Part shown: positions 13,001 to 29,615 of the stretch, one piece after another | How positions within the stretch are numbered: the stretch's first letter is position 1 | How the letters are laid out: each line of letters starts with the position of its first letter | Assembly: GCF_009914755.1 (NCBI RefSeq) | Contig: NC_060938.1 | Direction: 5' to 3' (one strand) | Origin: the human T2T-CHM13v2.0 reference genome, Homo sapiens | DNA: 64,000 bases | The notes under the pieces: model-generated | What the model saw: only the letters and a program-made list of their open reading frames with translations | Told to the model about the DNA's origin: nothing | Database searches by the model: none | Translations under genes and position numbers: made by a program

Positions 13001-14310
13001 TGTATCTTGAGTGTAATAACAGATATGATCTTCCCTGTACAGAGGTCTTATCTAGAACAATAACTTGGTGAGGTCCTTTAACTTGAGTCTTTACGAGGAT
13101 AGCAATCTTTACTGTAAGTAAATAAAGCATATATTTGTTGTCAATTATTTTATACTTAATTATGTTTAAGAAAAATATAAATAGTATCTACTGGGGTTCC
13201 AACAGAAAATTTTCATTTCTTTTACAGAAGATGTCCTTGAAATATCTTGACTAGATATTCCCAAGACTCTCCTTTCTAATTCAGTCCATATTCCTCATGT
13301 TTCACTGAGTCCTGCTGATTCTCTTAAGCTCAGGCCATTTTGTTCTTGTCCCATAACAGCTTGCTGTGGGATGTCACTTTTTAATATCAGGCCTTTTATC
13401 CTCAATATTTTATGAAGTAAAGATCAAATTACCAGTAACAGGCCTTTGTCCACCGTTATTTCTAAGAAGACTTTAATCCCAACCAATGCCGGTGTAGATT
13501 ACTTGCTATAGATCACTCACCTAATCATTTCCAGACGACTTCAGGTGTTCTCACTAACGTGAGCACCCACAAGGTCTTACCTCTGTGTTTTGCCTGTGCC
13601 TCTAGAAAAGGGAAGAATATTTTCCTGTTCCCTTTGGCAGGAATAGAAACAAGTTAACTCTATTCCACGTGAAATCTCTGTCTATCAAACTCCATGAGCC
13701 TCCCAAAGTATTTGAATATATGGGAATTATAAAATAAAAAATATGCACAGGCCTTACCTACAAACCTCAGAGCTTGGTCTTCCTGTGTTCTGAATTGGCA
13801 AATAAAAATGAGTATCCTGAATCTAGCATGAGAGAGAGAGGAGAGGAGGCACATTCTAGCTCATGCCTTTTCTTCTCTGGAATTCCTGAATGATTCTTTA
13901 TGAGTTGATATGGGGTTCTGTGTGTAGTCAGAGGAGTTTGATGGGATGGGATGAACAATAGGAAATGACAAGCAGAAAGGCAATGTATTCCTTGTGGCAG
14001 GCTAGATGGAAGTACATTGCAGGGTAGCTGCACTGTGAGTGAAGACAGATCAATGGCAGGCAGAGAAGACAGAGCTATGCCTCCGGATTCACAGACACTG
14101 CCTCCAGTGCTGACATGGTGCCAGAGGCATCTGGGAAACTACTACAGCTGACGGTTTGACAAGCCAGTCTGGTCTATGGCTAGGAGAGGTGAACTTGCTG
14201 TCTTTGAGCAAAGAATTCAGGCCAATTGTAACTACACAAAGCAGCGCAGGAAACAGTAATATGTGCTATGTGTATTAGCAGAGCCAGGCCCAAAAGATAA
14301 CGAATATTTA

Positions 14311-15670
14311 TAGGTGACCCTGGAATAATGCAGGGGTTAGGGCAGGTGTTAGGAATGCAACTCCTCCCCCACCTCCACACACACACACACACACAGTCAA
14401 AAATCTGTGTGTAACTTTTTTGGCTGCCCCAAAACTTAACTACTAATAGCCTAGTGTTAAATGGAAGTCTTACCAATAACAAGCAGTTAACACATATTTT
14501 ATGTATGTATTAAATACTATATTCTTTTTTTATTATTATACTTGAAGTTCTGGGGTACATGTGCAGAATGTGCAGGTTTGTTACATAGGTATACACGTGC
14601 CATGGTGGTTTGCTGCACCCATCAACCCATCATTTACATTAGGTATTTCTCCTAATGCTATCCCTCTTCTAGCCCTCCACCCTCAGACAGGCCCCCGAGT
14701 GTGATGTTCCCCTCCCTGTGTCCATGTGAAAACATGTGGTGTTTGGTTTTTCTGTTCTTGTGTTAGTTTGCTGAGAATGATGATTTCCAGCTTCATCCAT
14801 GTCCCTGCAAAGACATGAACTCTCCTTTTTCACGGCTGCATAGTATTCCATGGTGTATATGTGCCACATTTTCTTTATCCAGTCTACCATTGATGGGCAT
14901 TTGGGTTGGTTCCAAGTCTTTACTCTTGTGAATAGTGCTGCAATAAACACACGTGTGCATGTGTCTTTATAGCAGAATGACTTATAATCTTTTGGGTATA
15001 TACCCAGTAATGGGATTGCTGGGTCAAATGGTATTTCTAGTTCTCGATCCTTGAGGAATTGCCACACTGTCTTCCACATGTTTGAACTAATTTACACTCC
15101 TACCAACAGTGTAAAAGTGTTCCTATTTCTCCACATCCTCTCCAGCATCTGTTGTTTCCTGACTTCTTAATGATTGCCATTCTAACTGGCATGAGATGGT
15201 ATCTCACTGTGGTTTTGATTTGCATTTCTCTAATGACCAGTGATGATGAACTTTTTTTCATATGTTTTTTTGGCTGCATAAGTGTCTTCTTTTGAGAAGT
15301 GTCTGTTCATATCCTTTGCCCACTTTTTGATGGGGTTGTTTGTTTTTTTCTTGTAAATTTGTTTAAGTATTAAATACTGTATTCTTAAAATAAAGTAAGC
15401 TAGAGAAAAAGGTTATTAAGATAATCATATAGAAGAGAAAATATATTTACTATTCATTATGTGGAAGTGGATCATCATAAGATCTTCATCCTCATTATCT
15501 TCTTGTAGAGTAGGCTGAGGAAGAGGAGAGATTGGTTTTTCTGTCTCAGGAGTGGCAGAGGTGGAGGAGAAGGCAGGGGAGACAAGCACATTAGATGTAA
15601 CTTTTATTGAAAAAATTCATGTGTAAGTGGATCCATGCCGTTGAAACTTATGTTGTTCAAGGGTCAACTC
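14311..15670. mobile_element. Tigger2a (MER28) DNA transposon, split by L1PA7
   Basis: Terminal inverted repeats taggtgaccctggaataa and tgttgttcaagggtcaact. Internal aaaacttaactactaatagcc and gtaggctgaggaagagg motifs. Confidence 0.85.
14527..15366 (-). mobile_element. 5'-truncated L1PA7 3' end
   Basis: ORF 14669-15079 is the ORF2 C-terminus. 3'UTR ggtggtttgctgcacccatcaaccc...gacaggcccc. TSD gtattaaatact(a/g)tattctt at 14507-14526 and 15367-15386. About 30 bp deleted near 14728. Confidence 0.9.
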
Positions 15671-16514
15671 TGCCTAATTTTAGTCCAGTTGGCTGAAAAT
15701 AACTGAGTTAGGAAGTCCGCTGAGTCTAAAAAACCCAAGCTCCCTGTTCCTTGCTCCACTCTGCTCATCTTTCTACATAACTGTGATGCTCTATGCAAAA
15801 TCACAAAATAGGCAATCATCATATTCAGCCCACACTCTTTCATTTTATTGGCCTATCTTCCTTTTCCATTTTGGAATCCTATATCCTCAAGAAATTTTAT
15901 TCACCCTCCTTGAAAGGCCCTTCTCTCAGGCTGCCCATGAGAAGAATCTGTTTTCCGTCCTGCAAACCTTCATGTGAATGTTAGCTGATCATTTCCCCTC
16001 ATTTACAGGAATTGATATTTTAAGCCACATAGTTCTATAAGCACAAGGAAAATGCTCTATCATAAAATACAAATTTTAGAATCAGAAGTAACTTAGAGGT
16101 AGGTCTTTTGTTCCAAGAATTTTAGGTAACAGAAATCAAACAGGAAAAAAAATATGGAGTAAAGATAAGAGATTTCTTTTCCCCAGGCATCTCAACATCA
16201 ACTGTGTTGCCAATCCAAGGATAAATTTTATAGTGGTTGAAGTGAAGAGGACAGCTGGTCTATTCTCAGCCATGGTAGCCACATGTTTTTACTAAGAATT
16301 AGTTCAATGTCGTGGATCTCACTTCTAAAAAGAGAGGCAACAACATTGTACATTCTTTGGTCCTGGCCCTTAATGGTCAGATCCTGCCTCTCCCCCCAGT
16401 CTCTTGACTCCCTAAGAGGTGGGGAAAGGAGGATAAAGGGTGAGGTTAGATCCTTATCTTTCTAATCCCAATCCCTAATCCTGAGCCTGATATCTGTTAG
16501 GTGCTTTTGATAAG

Positions 16515-16830
16515 GATAGCTAACATTTTGCAAATGTTACTAATGCCAGGCACTTTTGTCTTTACAACTGTCCTTTGAGAAAAGTATTATTATCAATCCC
16601 ATTTTAATGATAAAGAATGGGTACACTGTAAGCCCAACCCCCACCTGTACACAATATACCCATGTAACAAACATGCACATGTACCCTCTGAATCTAACAT
16701 GAAATAAAATTTAAGGAAATCAAAAGAGCAAAAGATTCACTCTCCTATTATGGCCCAGTAGCAACAGCAGGATTTTTATCCAAGTCTTGTGACTCCGGAG
16801 TCCAAAACTTAACCACAATATTATGTTTCT
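16515..16830 (-). mobile_element. MIR interrupted by a ~95-bp L1PB-type 3' end (16615-16712, + strand)
   Basis: MIR atagctaacatt...attattatcaatcccattttaatgataaaga. L1 tail caatatacccatgtaacaaacatgcacatgtaccctctgaatcta. Confidence 0.6.
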
Positions 16831-17169
16831 GTCCAATATTTATTGTCTGAAAGTGAGAGTGAACAAATGGTAGTTATATATACGCATGCCTCCAAATTAC
16901 TTTTTTATTTTCCCACATTTTTCAAAAATTTAAGTTAATGTTTGAGTACATAAAAATTTCATGGCAAAATAAAAGAAACACCTCTCCAACTATATTCACT
17001 TTAACAATCTTGTCTTTTAGCAACACACACAGGCCACTATGCAATGCAAATATGAATCTTAAAGCTCATAGTCACTCTCTTTCAGAGAAGGTAGCTTGAA
17101 GTGAAGGGACTAGAGAAAATGCTTATGTAAAGGATAATTTTTCTGAGATGGACTGAGAGTCCACCTAGC

Positions 17170-17982
17170 TAAAGATTTGTTAACTTTGTTGATCTTTTTG
17201 TAGAGCCAACTTTTGGTTTTGTTGATTTACTCAATAATTTTTCCATTCTCAGATTCATTTATTTATGCCATAATCTTCATTGTATGTTTTCTTCTCCTAG
17301 CTTTGGGTTCAGTTTGTTCTTTGTCTAGTTCTGTAAGTTGTAAAGTTAAGTGGTTGATTTGAGATCTTTCTTGTTTTTTAATGTAAGCATTTATACCTAT
17401 AAATTTCTCCCTAAGTACTGCTTTTGCTGCATCCCTTACATTTTAATATATTGTGGTTTCATTTTCATTTGTCTGTAAGTATTCTCTAGTTTCCCTTGTG
17501 ATTTCTTCTTTGATTCATTAGTTGTTCAAACATTGTTTACTTTCCATAATTTTGTGAATTCTTAGCTTTAGTTCTATTATTGATTTCCAACTTTGCCCTA
17601 TGGTGGTGGGAGAGGATACTTTGTGTGATAGCTATCTTATTAAATGTATTGAGACTTTACTTTAGCCTAACATTTGTCTATCTTGAAAAATGTCCCTTAT
17701 GCACTTGAGAAGAATGCATGTGCTATTTCTGGAAGAGTGTTCTGTACATGTCTGCTAGATTTAGTTGGTTTATTATATTGTTCAAGTCCTTTATTTTCTT
17801 ATTTATCTTCTGTCAGGTTGTTCTATCCACTGTTGAGAATGAGGTATTGAAGTTTCCAACTCTTATTGTGGATCTGTCTATTCCTTCCTTCAGAGGCAAA
17901 ATTTTGTTCGTTTTTGCTTTATATATTTTGATAGTCTGCTAGTGTGTAAATGTCTATAGTTATTTTATCTTCTTGCTGTATT
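17170..17982 (-). mobile_element. Old L1M ORF2 (endonuclease region) fragment; resumes at about 20525-20620
   Basis: Antisense L1 ORF2 motifs (ttgatttgagatctttc, tgcacttgagaagaatg, gtattgaagtttccaactcttattgt), strongly diverged. Confidence 0.75.
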
Positions 17983-20524
17983 TTTTTTCTTTCCAGCTTT
18001 TATTTTACATTTAAAAGGTAGATGTGCAGGTTTGTTACATGTGTAAATTGCATGCCACAAGGGTTTTGCATACAGATACTTTTGTTACCCAGGTAATCAG
18101 CATAATACCTGATAGGTAGTTTTTCAATTCTCAACCTCCTCCCAACCTTCACTCTCAAGTAGGCCCCAGTGTCTATTGTTCCCTTCCCTTCTTTGTGTCC
18201 ATGTGTACTCAAAATTTAGCTCCCACTTATGAGAACATGTGGCATTTGGCTTGCCTTTCCTGCATTAATTCGCTTAGGGTAATGGCCTCCAGGTGCCTCC
18301 ATATTGCTACAAAGGACATGATTTTGTTCCTTGTTTATGGTTATGTAGTATCCCGTGGTGTATATGTACCACTTTTTCTTCATCCACTCCAACGTCGATG
18401 GGCATCTAGGTTGATTCCATGTCTTTATAATTGTGAATAGTGCTGTGATGAAGGCATGTGTCATGTGTCTTTTGGTATGATCATTTATATTTCTTTGGGT
18501 ATACACCCGGTGATGGAATTGCTGGGTCAAATGGTAGTTCTATTTTAACTTCTTTAGGAAGTTAAACATTTGTTTATCTTGAAAAGTGCCCCTTATGCAT
18601 TTGAGAAGAATGTGTGTTCTGTTGTTGGGTAGAGTGTTCTCTACATGTCTATTAGATTTAGTTGGTTTTTTATATTGTTCAAGTCATCTATTTTCTTACG
18701 TATCTTCTGTCTCATTGTCCTATCCAGCAACCAGACATCTCCAGACTGGGAAATCTTCAGACTGCTTCCTAGAGTAACTGGACTAATTTACATTCCCACC
18801 AGCAGCATATAAGAATTCCCTTTTCTCTGCAACCTCACAGCACCTGTTATCTTTTTGCTTTTAATAATAGCCATTCTGACTAGTGTGAGATGGTATCTTA
18901 TTGTGGTTTTGTTTTGCATTTTCCTAATGATTAATGATGTTGAGCATTTTTTCATACGCTTGTCACAGATGTGTCTTCTTTTGAAAAGTATCTGTTCATG
19001 TCCTTTGCATATTTTTCATGGAGTTATTTGCTTTTTGCTTGTTAATTTACATTCCTTATGGATTCTGGATATTATGTCTTTGTTGGATGCATAGTTTGCA
19101 AATATTCTCTCCAATTCTGTAGGTTGTTTGTTTACTCTGCTGATAGTTTCTTTAGCTGTGCAGAAGCTCTTCAGTCTAATTAGGCACCACTTGTCGATTT
19201 TTGCTTTTATTGCAATTGGTTTTAGAGTCTTCATTATGAAGTTTTTGCCAGGACCAATGTCCAGAATGGTAATTCCTAGGTTTTTCTCTAGGGTTTTTAT
19301 AGTTTTAGATTTTACATTTAAGTCTTCAATCCATCTTGAGTTGATTTTGGTATATGGTGAAAGGTAGTGATCCAGTTTCAATCTTCTGCATATGGCTAGC
19401 CAGTTATTTCAGCACCATTTATTTGATAGAGAGTTCTTTTCCCATTGCTTGTTATTATTGGCTTTGTCAAAGATTAGATAGTCATCAGTGTACACCTTTA
19501 TTTCTGGGTTCTCTATTCTGTTCCATTGGTCTGTGTGTCTGTTTTTGTAAAAGTAGCATGCTGTTTTAGTTACTGTAGCCTGGAGGTACAGTTTGAAGTC
19601 GGGGAGTGTGATGCCTCTAGCTTTGTTCTTTTTGCTCAGGATTGCTTTGGCAATTTAAACTCCAGTTTGATTTCAAATGAATTTTAGAATTTTTTTTTAA
19701 TTCTGTGAAAAATATCATTGGTAGTTTGATAGGAATACCGTCAAGTCTGTAAATTGCTTTGGGCGGTATGGCCATTTTAACAATATTGATTCTTCATGTC
19801 CATGAATGCGAAATATTTTTCCATTGGTTTGTGTTATCTCTGATTTCTTTCAGCAGTCTCTTGTAATTCTCATTGTTGAGATCTTTCACCTTCCTGGTTA
19901 GTTGTATTCCTAGGTATTTTATTCTTTTTGTGGCTATTGTGAATGGGATTGCATTCTTGATTTGGCTCTCAAAATTCTTGATTTGGCTTGGATATTATTG
20001 ATATATAGAAATGGTACTGATTTGTATACATTGATTTTGTATCTTGAAACTTCGCTGAAGTTTTATCAGATCCAGGAGGCTTTGAGCAAAGATTATGGGG
20101 TTTTCTACGTATAGAATTACATTGTCTGTGAAAACAAATAGTTTGACTTCCTCTCTTCCTATTTGGATGCCTTTTATTTCCCTCTTTTTCCTGGTTGCTC
20201 TGGCTAGGCCTTCTAGGACTATGTTGAATTGGAGTGGTGAAAGTGGTTATTCTTGCCTTGTTCTGGCTTTCAAGGGGAATGCTTCCAGGTTTTGACTGTT
20301 CAGTATGATGTTGGCTATGGGTTTGTCATACATGGCTCTTATTATTTTAAGGTATTTACCTTGAATTCCTGGTTTGTTGAGAATTTTTAACATGAAAGGA
20401 TGTTGAATTTTATCAAAAGACTTTTCTGCATTTATTGGGATGATCATGCAGTTTTTATTTTTAGTTTTGTTTATATGATGAATCACATTTATTGATTTGC
20501 ATAAACAGAAATCAATAAATGTGA
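17983..20524 (-). mobile_element. 5'-truncated L1PA15/16
   Basis: 3'UTR gttacccaggtaatcagcataatacctgataggtagtttttcaat. ORF2 fragments at 19016-19381 and 20247-20486. TSD ttcttgctgt(a/g)tt at 17970-17982 and 20525-20537. Confidence 0.85.
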
Positions 20525-21256
20525 TTCTTGCTGTGTTGAATTTTATATTGATATATACTGTCTTTCTTTATCTCTTGTAACATTTTTCATTTTAATGTCT
20601 AATTCATCTGATATTATCAGATTACAAAGATTATCATTTTGTAAATTTTTAAATAATCGAAGTTTACTTTTGATATAAAAACTTTTTAAATGTGATATTT
20701 CTTAATTTCTTTCTTTAACATAAAATGCTGATCTTAACATTTTCTTTACTACTCAGAGGCAGTATACTGAACATTCATTTTCACCGGAGTGTGCTGTAAC
20801 CATTCTTGAGGTTTTCTGCCTCTTCCTTCAGGCTCGAAGACATCATCTCTTATTACCACTAGGATGCCTACGTGTGTGAAAATAGAGCTGGCAAAACTAC
20901 AAAGACATGAAACAAAGATAGCAACTGCACTTAATCTATCTGAGACCCAATTTCGTCATTCATAAAGATTATTATGTTTGTGGGAATTAAGAAGTACTGT
21001 CCTTCACATTGAAAGTGCTCAATGAATAGTAAATATTAACATTATTATAATCAGCAAGCAGAAATGACAGGGTGTATAAGAGGAGGTGAGGACATGAGGA
21101 ATAGTTGAAGGGTGGAAAGATAACATTAGACTCAGAAATATATAAACTTTCATAATCTTCCCACTTTCCAGTAACCTTTACCTTATCTGTTAAATCCTAC
21201 TGATCCTTCATGGCTTAACTCAAAATCTCCACCACCAAGAATTCAGAACGAACCCC

Positions 21257-21652
21257 TGTATCTGTCAGGGTTCAGCCAGTAGGAGATATATCTCAAGAGA
21301 TTTACTGCAGGGAATTGGCTTAGGTGATTGTTGGGGCTCATATGGCAAGTTAGAAATTTTATAGGATAGGCCATCAGGAAAGTCAAGCCACAACTCTCCA
21401 TCATGAGCTGAGGCTGCTGTCCACAGGTATAATTTCTACTTCTAGGAAATCTCAGCTTTTCTCTTAAGGCCTTTCAACTGGTTAAATCAGCCTCACCCAG
21501 ACTATCTAGAATAATCTCCTTTACTTAAAATTAATTTCTCATAAATGTTAATCACATATACAAAATACCTTCATACAAACACCTGAATTATAGTTTGATT
21601 GAATACTGGGGACTATAGCCAAGCCAAGCTGACATATATACTGACCATCACA
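21257..21652 (-). mobile_element. MLT2C/D (ERVL) solo LTR
   Basis: TG...CA ends (tgtatctgtcagggttc ... gccaagctgacat...accatcaca). 5-bp TSD acccc/accct. Confidence 0.8.
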
Positions 21653-22229
21653 ACCCTCTACCCTGTTACTGTTATATCTCCATTGAAGTACTCACCATGG
21701 TGTGTCTTGTGTTAGAATTAGGTACACAGCTGTTCTTCCAACAAAGAAACCCTTGAGAACAAACACCATGAATTAGCATTGTTGTTTCCTGCAGACTTGA
21801 AATTGAAACTTAATTTACATTTGATTAATTAAATTCTCCCACAATCCCACTTTAATAAAATACTATGTTTTCTGTTCACTGAGTTTGCCCAACGTTTAAT
21901 CTCTGAAGAAATGGGATTTTATCTTATTGTACATTGGCCACAGGAAGTAGCTAGTATTTACTTCTCCACTCTACAGGAGGAAAATTGCATGTTTCCTAAA
22001 TCAACTTCTTTAGAAAACGTACTCTGTGCATGTGCAGACACGTATGTGTATACACACACACACACACACACACACGACAGGTTGATAAACAAAATGAATG
22101 AGAGATAACTTTATTTCACCTTAGTTTTCTCAATGCATTATCCTGGGCTTAAATGTCTGGTAGACTATGTTTTAGAAATGCTGTTCATTATTTCTGAACT
22201 GTTAATCCCTCTCAGAGAGAAAAGTAAAA

Positions 22230-22266
<37 letters not shown>

Positions 22267-24736
22267 ATACTTTGTTTTAGTAGAGGTTATACTAATGGTC
22301 ATGAGTCATGTCAAAGAATCATTTTGAAGGAAGGACTTTTGAGCTACTCCTTTGATGTAGCCATATTCTTGCCCTCCCAAAAATAAGTTAATAAAACAAA
22401 ATTAAGTAACAATGTGGAAACAATTTTATCCTTTCAGAAAATGCATAAATAATCCCACTGTGCCCTGGGATATGTTTAGGGATAGAAAGAGGGATTGTAA
22501 ATAATGGTCTAATAAACAGAGATGAAAAATGAATAATTAAGTAGTGACCGAAGAAAAGCATGCTCGTTTAGAAAGAGAAAAATGGATTCTAGTATTATCT
22601 ATGAGTGTGTCTTAGAAAGAGAAACAGAGACAGACTGAGAGAGAAAGAGAAGCACAAAAACGAAAATTACTCTTCTGGGTCTAACTCTGAACAAAAGAGT
22701 AGAAACTGAATGGAGAAGATGTGATAGATGCCCCAAGAGAGACTGTCAAAAACATTTATAGGGATATGGTCAAAGTCAAATGTGTGGCATAAATTTCAAA
22801 ATAACTTTATAAAGTCTAGAAGGAAGATGGAAACACTCCAAAAGGAAATATGGCAAAAAGGGGGTAGAGAGCAATAAAAAAAAAAGACATCCATTTAAAT
22901 TTTTCAGAAGTCTTAAAGAGAAAGAAATAAAGTAGGAATTCAAAGAGATCAAGGTGTCTGGGAAGCAAGCCTTCTGGTGGGCTCAGAATTGAAGGATTTG
23001 AAAGAGTATCACATAACCAAGAATTAAGGCATCTAATAGAATGCCCCCATGAAGTGTCCAGATGCTTATAATTGCACGAGTGAACACAATGTCTCATTTA
23101 AGAGCATACTGATGATAGAAAAAGGCACTGGAGAGGCCCAAACAAAGTTATGTAAATAACCAAAAAGTCACAAAGTACCCACTGCACTGAAGGAAACAGT
23201 GCAGTGGTTTGATAAAAATGGCTCACCTTGTCCTCCTCCACTAGGCAAGGTTCTGGAGCAGAGTGGGAAAATATGCACAAATAGACCAAGGCCTTCTGGA
23301 GAAAAGGTGGGTCACAAATGTATGTGTAGGAGAAGACTGTAAACTAGCATGATGCTGAAGAATGTCTACAGGCAGGATAGAATACTAGGTAAACTCATCA
23401 AGGGAGGGTGATTCTCAACTGAAGAGCTGAGCTAAACAATGGTCTACAGGATCCTGAGAAAGGTTGCTTCCAGTACAAAGCCCCTCTGTTCACAATTGCC
23501 ACAGGATGGTAATATGACTTGGAGAACCTTGGCTGAGTATAAAATGAAAGAGCCCTTGGCTAACCTCCAGAATGAGTGAACCTTCAGAAACGCATTAAAG
23601 ATAACCAAAGAGCTATTAGAGTGATGTCACCTAAGATGATGGAATAGGAGATACCAGCCTTCATTATCCCACAGAAAAGCAACACAGATGGCTATTCACA
23701 AACCAAAATGGTGCAGAGAGGACTCCATGGCCTATTAAAAATCTGAAGCAACACAGTGGAGCAAAAACACAGAGAATATTTACATAGAAAAGACCACTGG
23801 TGAGATTGGCATACATGAGATGTCAGGAGATGTCTAGGAGCAAAGAATAAAGGTGAAAGTTATTGGTATCAGCCACACAGCAGAAACCATCATAGTTCCC
23901 AGCAGCCTTCTCTGCAGAGGACACTAGCATCTCTTGCCAATGAGGTAACCAACAGCTATTTTTATTGAGGAACCCCAGAGAGGGAGAATTGGCTGCATAC
24001 CCCTCCCTAACCCAAGAAGCAGCTGCTATGGAGTCATTTTGAGAAAGGAGCCACTCTCTCTCCCAATCCTGTGCATGTCCCATTTCTGGAGCCATGGCTA
24101 CTCTGTAAGTGCCTACATTCCACATCCAGGCCCTGTAGCTACATTGGGTCTGCCCATGTCTCAGACTTTGAAGTCATCACCATATACAGCTAGTTTGCAC
24201 TCTGGGCCCCAGTAAGAAGCCCTCACTGCAAACGCCCATGCTATAGACACTGGCTTACCTAGAGAGCTAGGCCCCTCCCTGACCCTGGAGCTGCTTTAAT
24301 GCTGCACACATGTGTGTTTTCATTCTAGGATCCCCCTACTGTTTCACAAGCATCCTCATCTCACACAAAGATATCAATTCAACGTCAGAGGTGGCTGCCC
24401 GACGAGCACCAGTGCCATTGCTACTCTGGATCCTAGAACTGCAGTGTTTCCACTCATGTCTGTTTTTCAGACCTCAGCTCCATGGCCATTTTGGGGTTTC
24501 ACTCATCAGACACCAGTGCCACAGCCACTGAAAGTGAAAATCCACAGTTCTGCAGACACCGCTGCTGATATCCAGGCAAACAGGGTCTGGAGTGGACCTC
24601 CAGCAAACTCCAAGAGACCTGCAGCTGAGGGTGCTGTCTGTTAGAAGGAAAACTAACAAACAGAAAGGACATCCACACCAAAAACCCATCTGTACGTCAC
24701 CATCATCAAAGACCAAAAGTAGATAAAACCACAAAG

Positions 24737-25727
24737 ATGGGGAAAAAACAGAGGAGAAAAACTGGAAACTCTAAAAAGCAGAGCGCCTGTCCTCCTCCAA
24801 AGGAACGCAGTTCCTCAACAGCAACGGAACAAAGCTGGACGGAGAATGACTTTGACAAGTTGAGAGAAGGCTTCAGACGATCAAACTACTCCAAGCTACA
24901 GGACGAAATTCAAACCAATGGCAAAGAAGTTGAAAACTTGGAAAAAAGTTTAGACGAATGTATAACTAGAATAACCAATACAGAGAAGGGCTTAAAGAAG
25001 CTCGAGAACTACGTGAAGAATGAAGAAACCTCAGGAGCCAATGCGATCAACTGGAAGAAAGGGTATCAGTGATGGAAGATGAAATGAATGAAATGAAGCG
25101 AGAAGGGAAGTTTAGAGAAAAAAGAATAAAAAGAAATGAATAAAGCCTCCAAGAAATATGGGACTATGTGAAAAGACCAAATCTACATCTGATTGGTGTA
25201 CCTGAAAGTGACCGGGAGAATGGAACCAAGTTGGAAAACACTCTGCAGGATATTATCCAGGAGAACTTCCCCAATCTAGCAAGGCAGGCCAACATTCACA
25301 TTCAGGAAATACAGAGAACGCCACAAAGATACTCCTCGAGAAGAGCAACTCCAAGACACATAATTGTCAGATTCACCAAAGTTGAAATGAAGGAAAAAAT
25401 GTTAAGGGCAGCCAGAGAGAAAGGTCGGGTTACCCACAAAGGGAAGCCCATCAGACTAACAGCAGATCTCTCGGCAGAAACTCTACAAGCCAGAAGAGAG
25501 TGGGGGCCAATATTCAACATTCTTAAAGAAAATAATTTTCAACCCAGAATTCATATCCAGCCAAACTAAGCTTCATAATTGAAGGAGAAATAAATTACTT
25601 TACAGACAAGCAAATGCTGAGAGATTTTGTCACCACCAGGCCTGCCCTAAAAGAGCTCCTGAAGGAAGCACTAAACATGGAAAGGCACAATTGGTACCAG
25701 CCGCTGCAAAATCATGCCAAAATGTAA
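24737..25727 (+). pseudogene. Disrupted LINE-1 ORF1p
   Basis: MGKKQ... start. About 22 nt deleted in the coiled coil near 25000 (frameshift), in-frame stop at 25141, and a further frameshift near 25551. Confidence 0.92.
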
Positions 25728-25790
25728 AGACCATTGAGACTAGGAAGAAACCGCATCAACTAACGAGCAAAATAACCAGCTAACATCATA

Positions 25791-29615
<3,825 letters not shown>

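Noticed and set aside
13581-13601. GTGKT Walker A motif in one frame of the 21-nt micro-exon candidate
   Set aside because: Five residues with no supporting NTPase context. Expected by chance.
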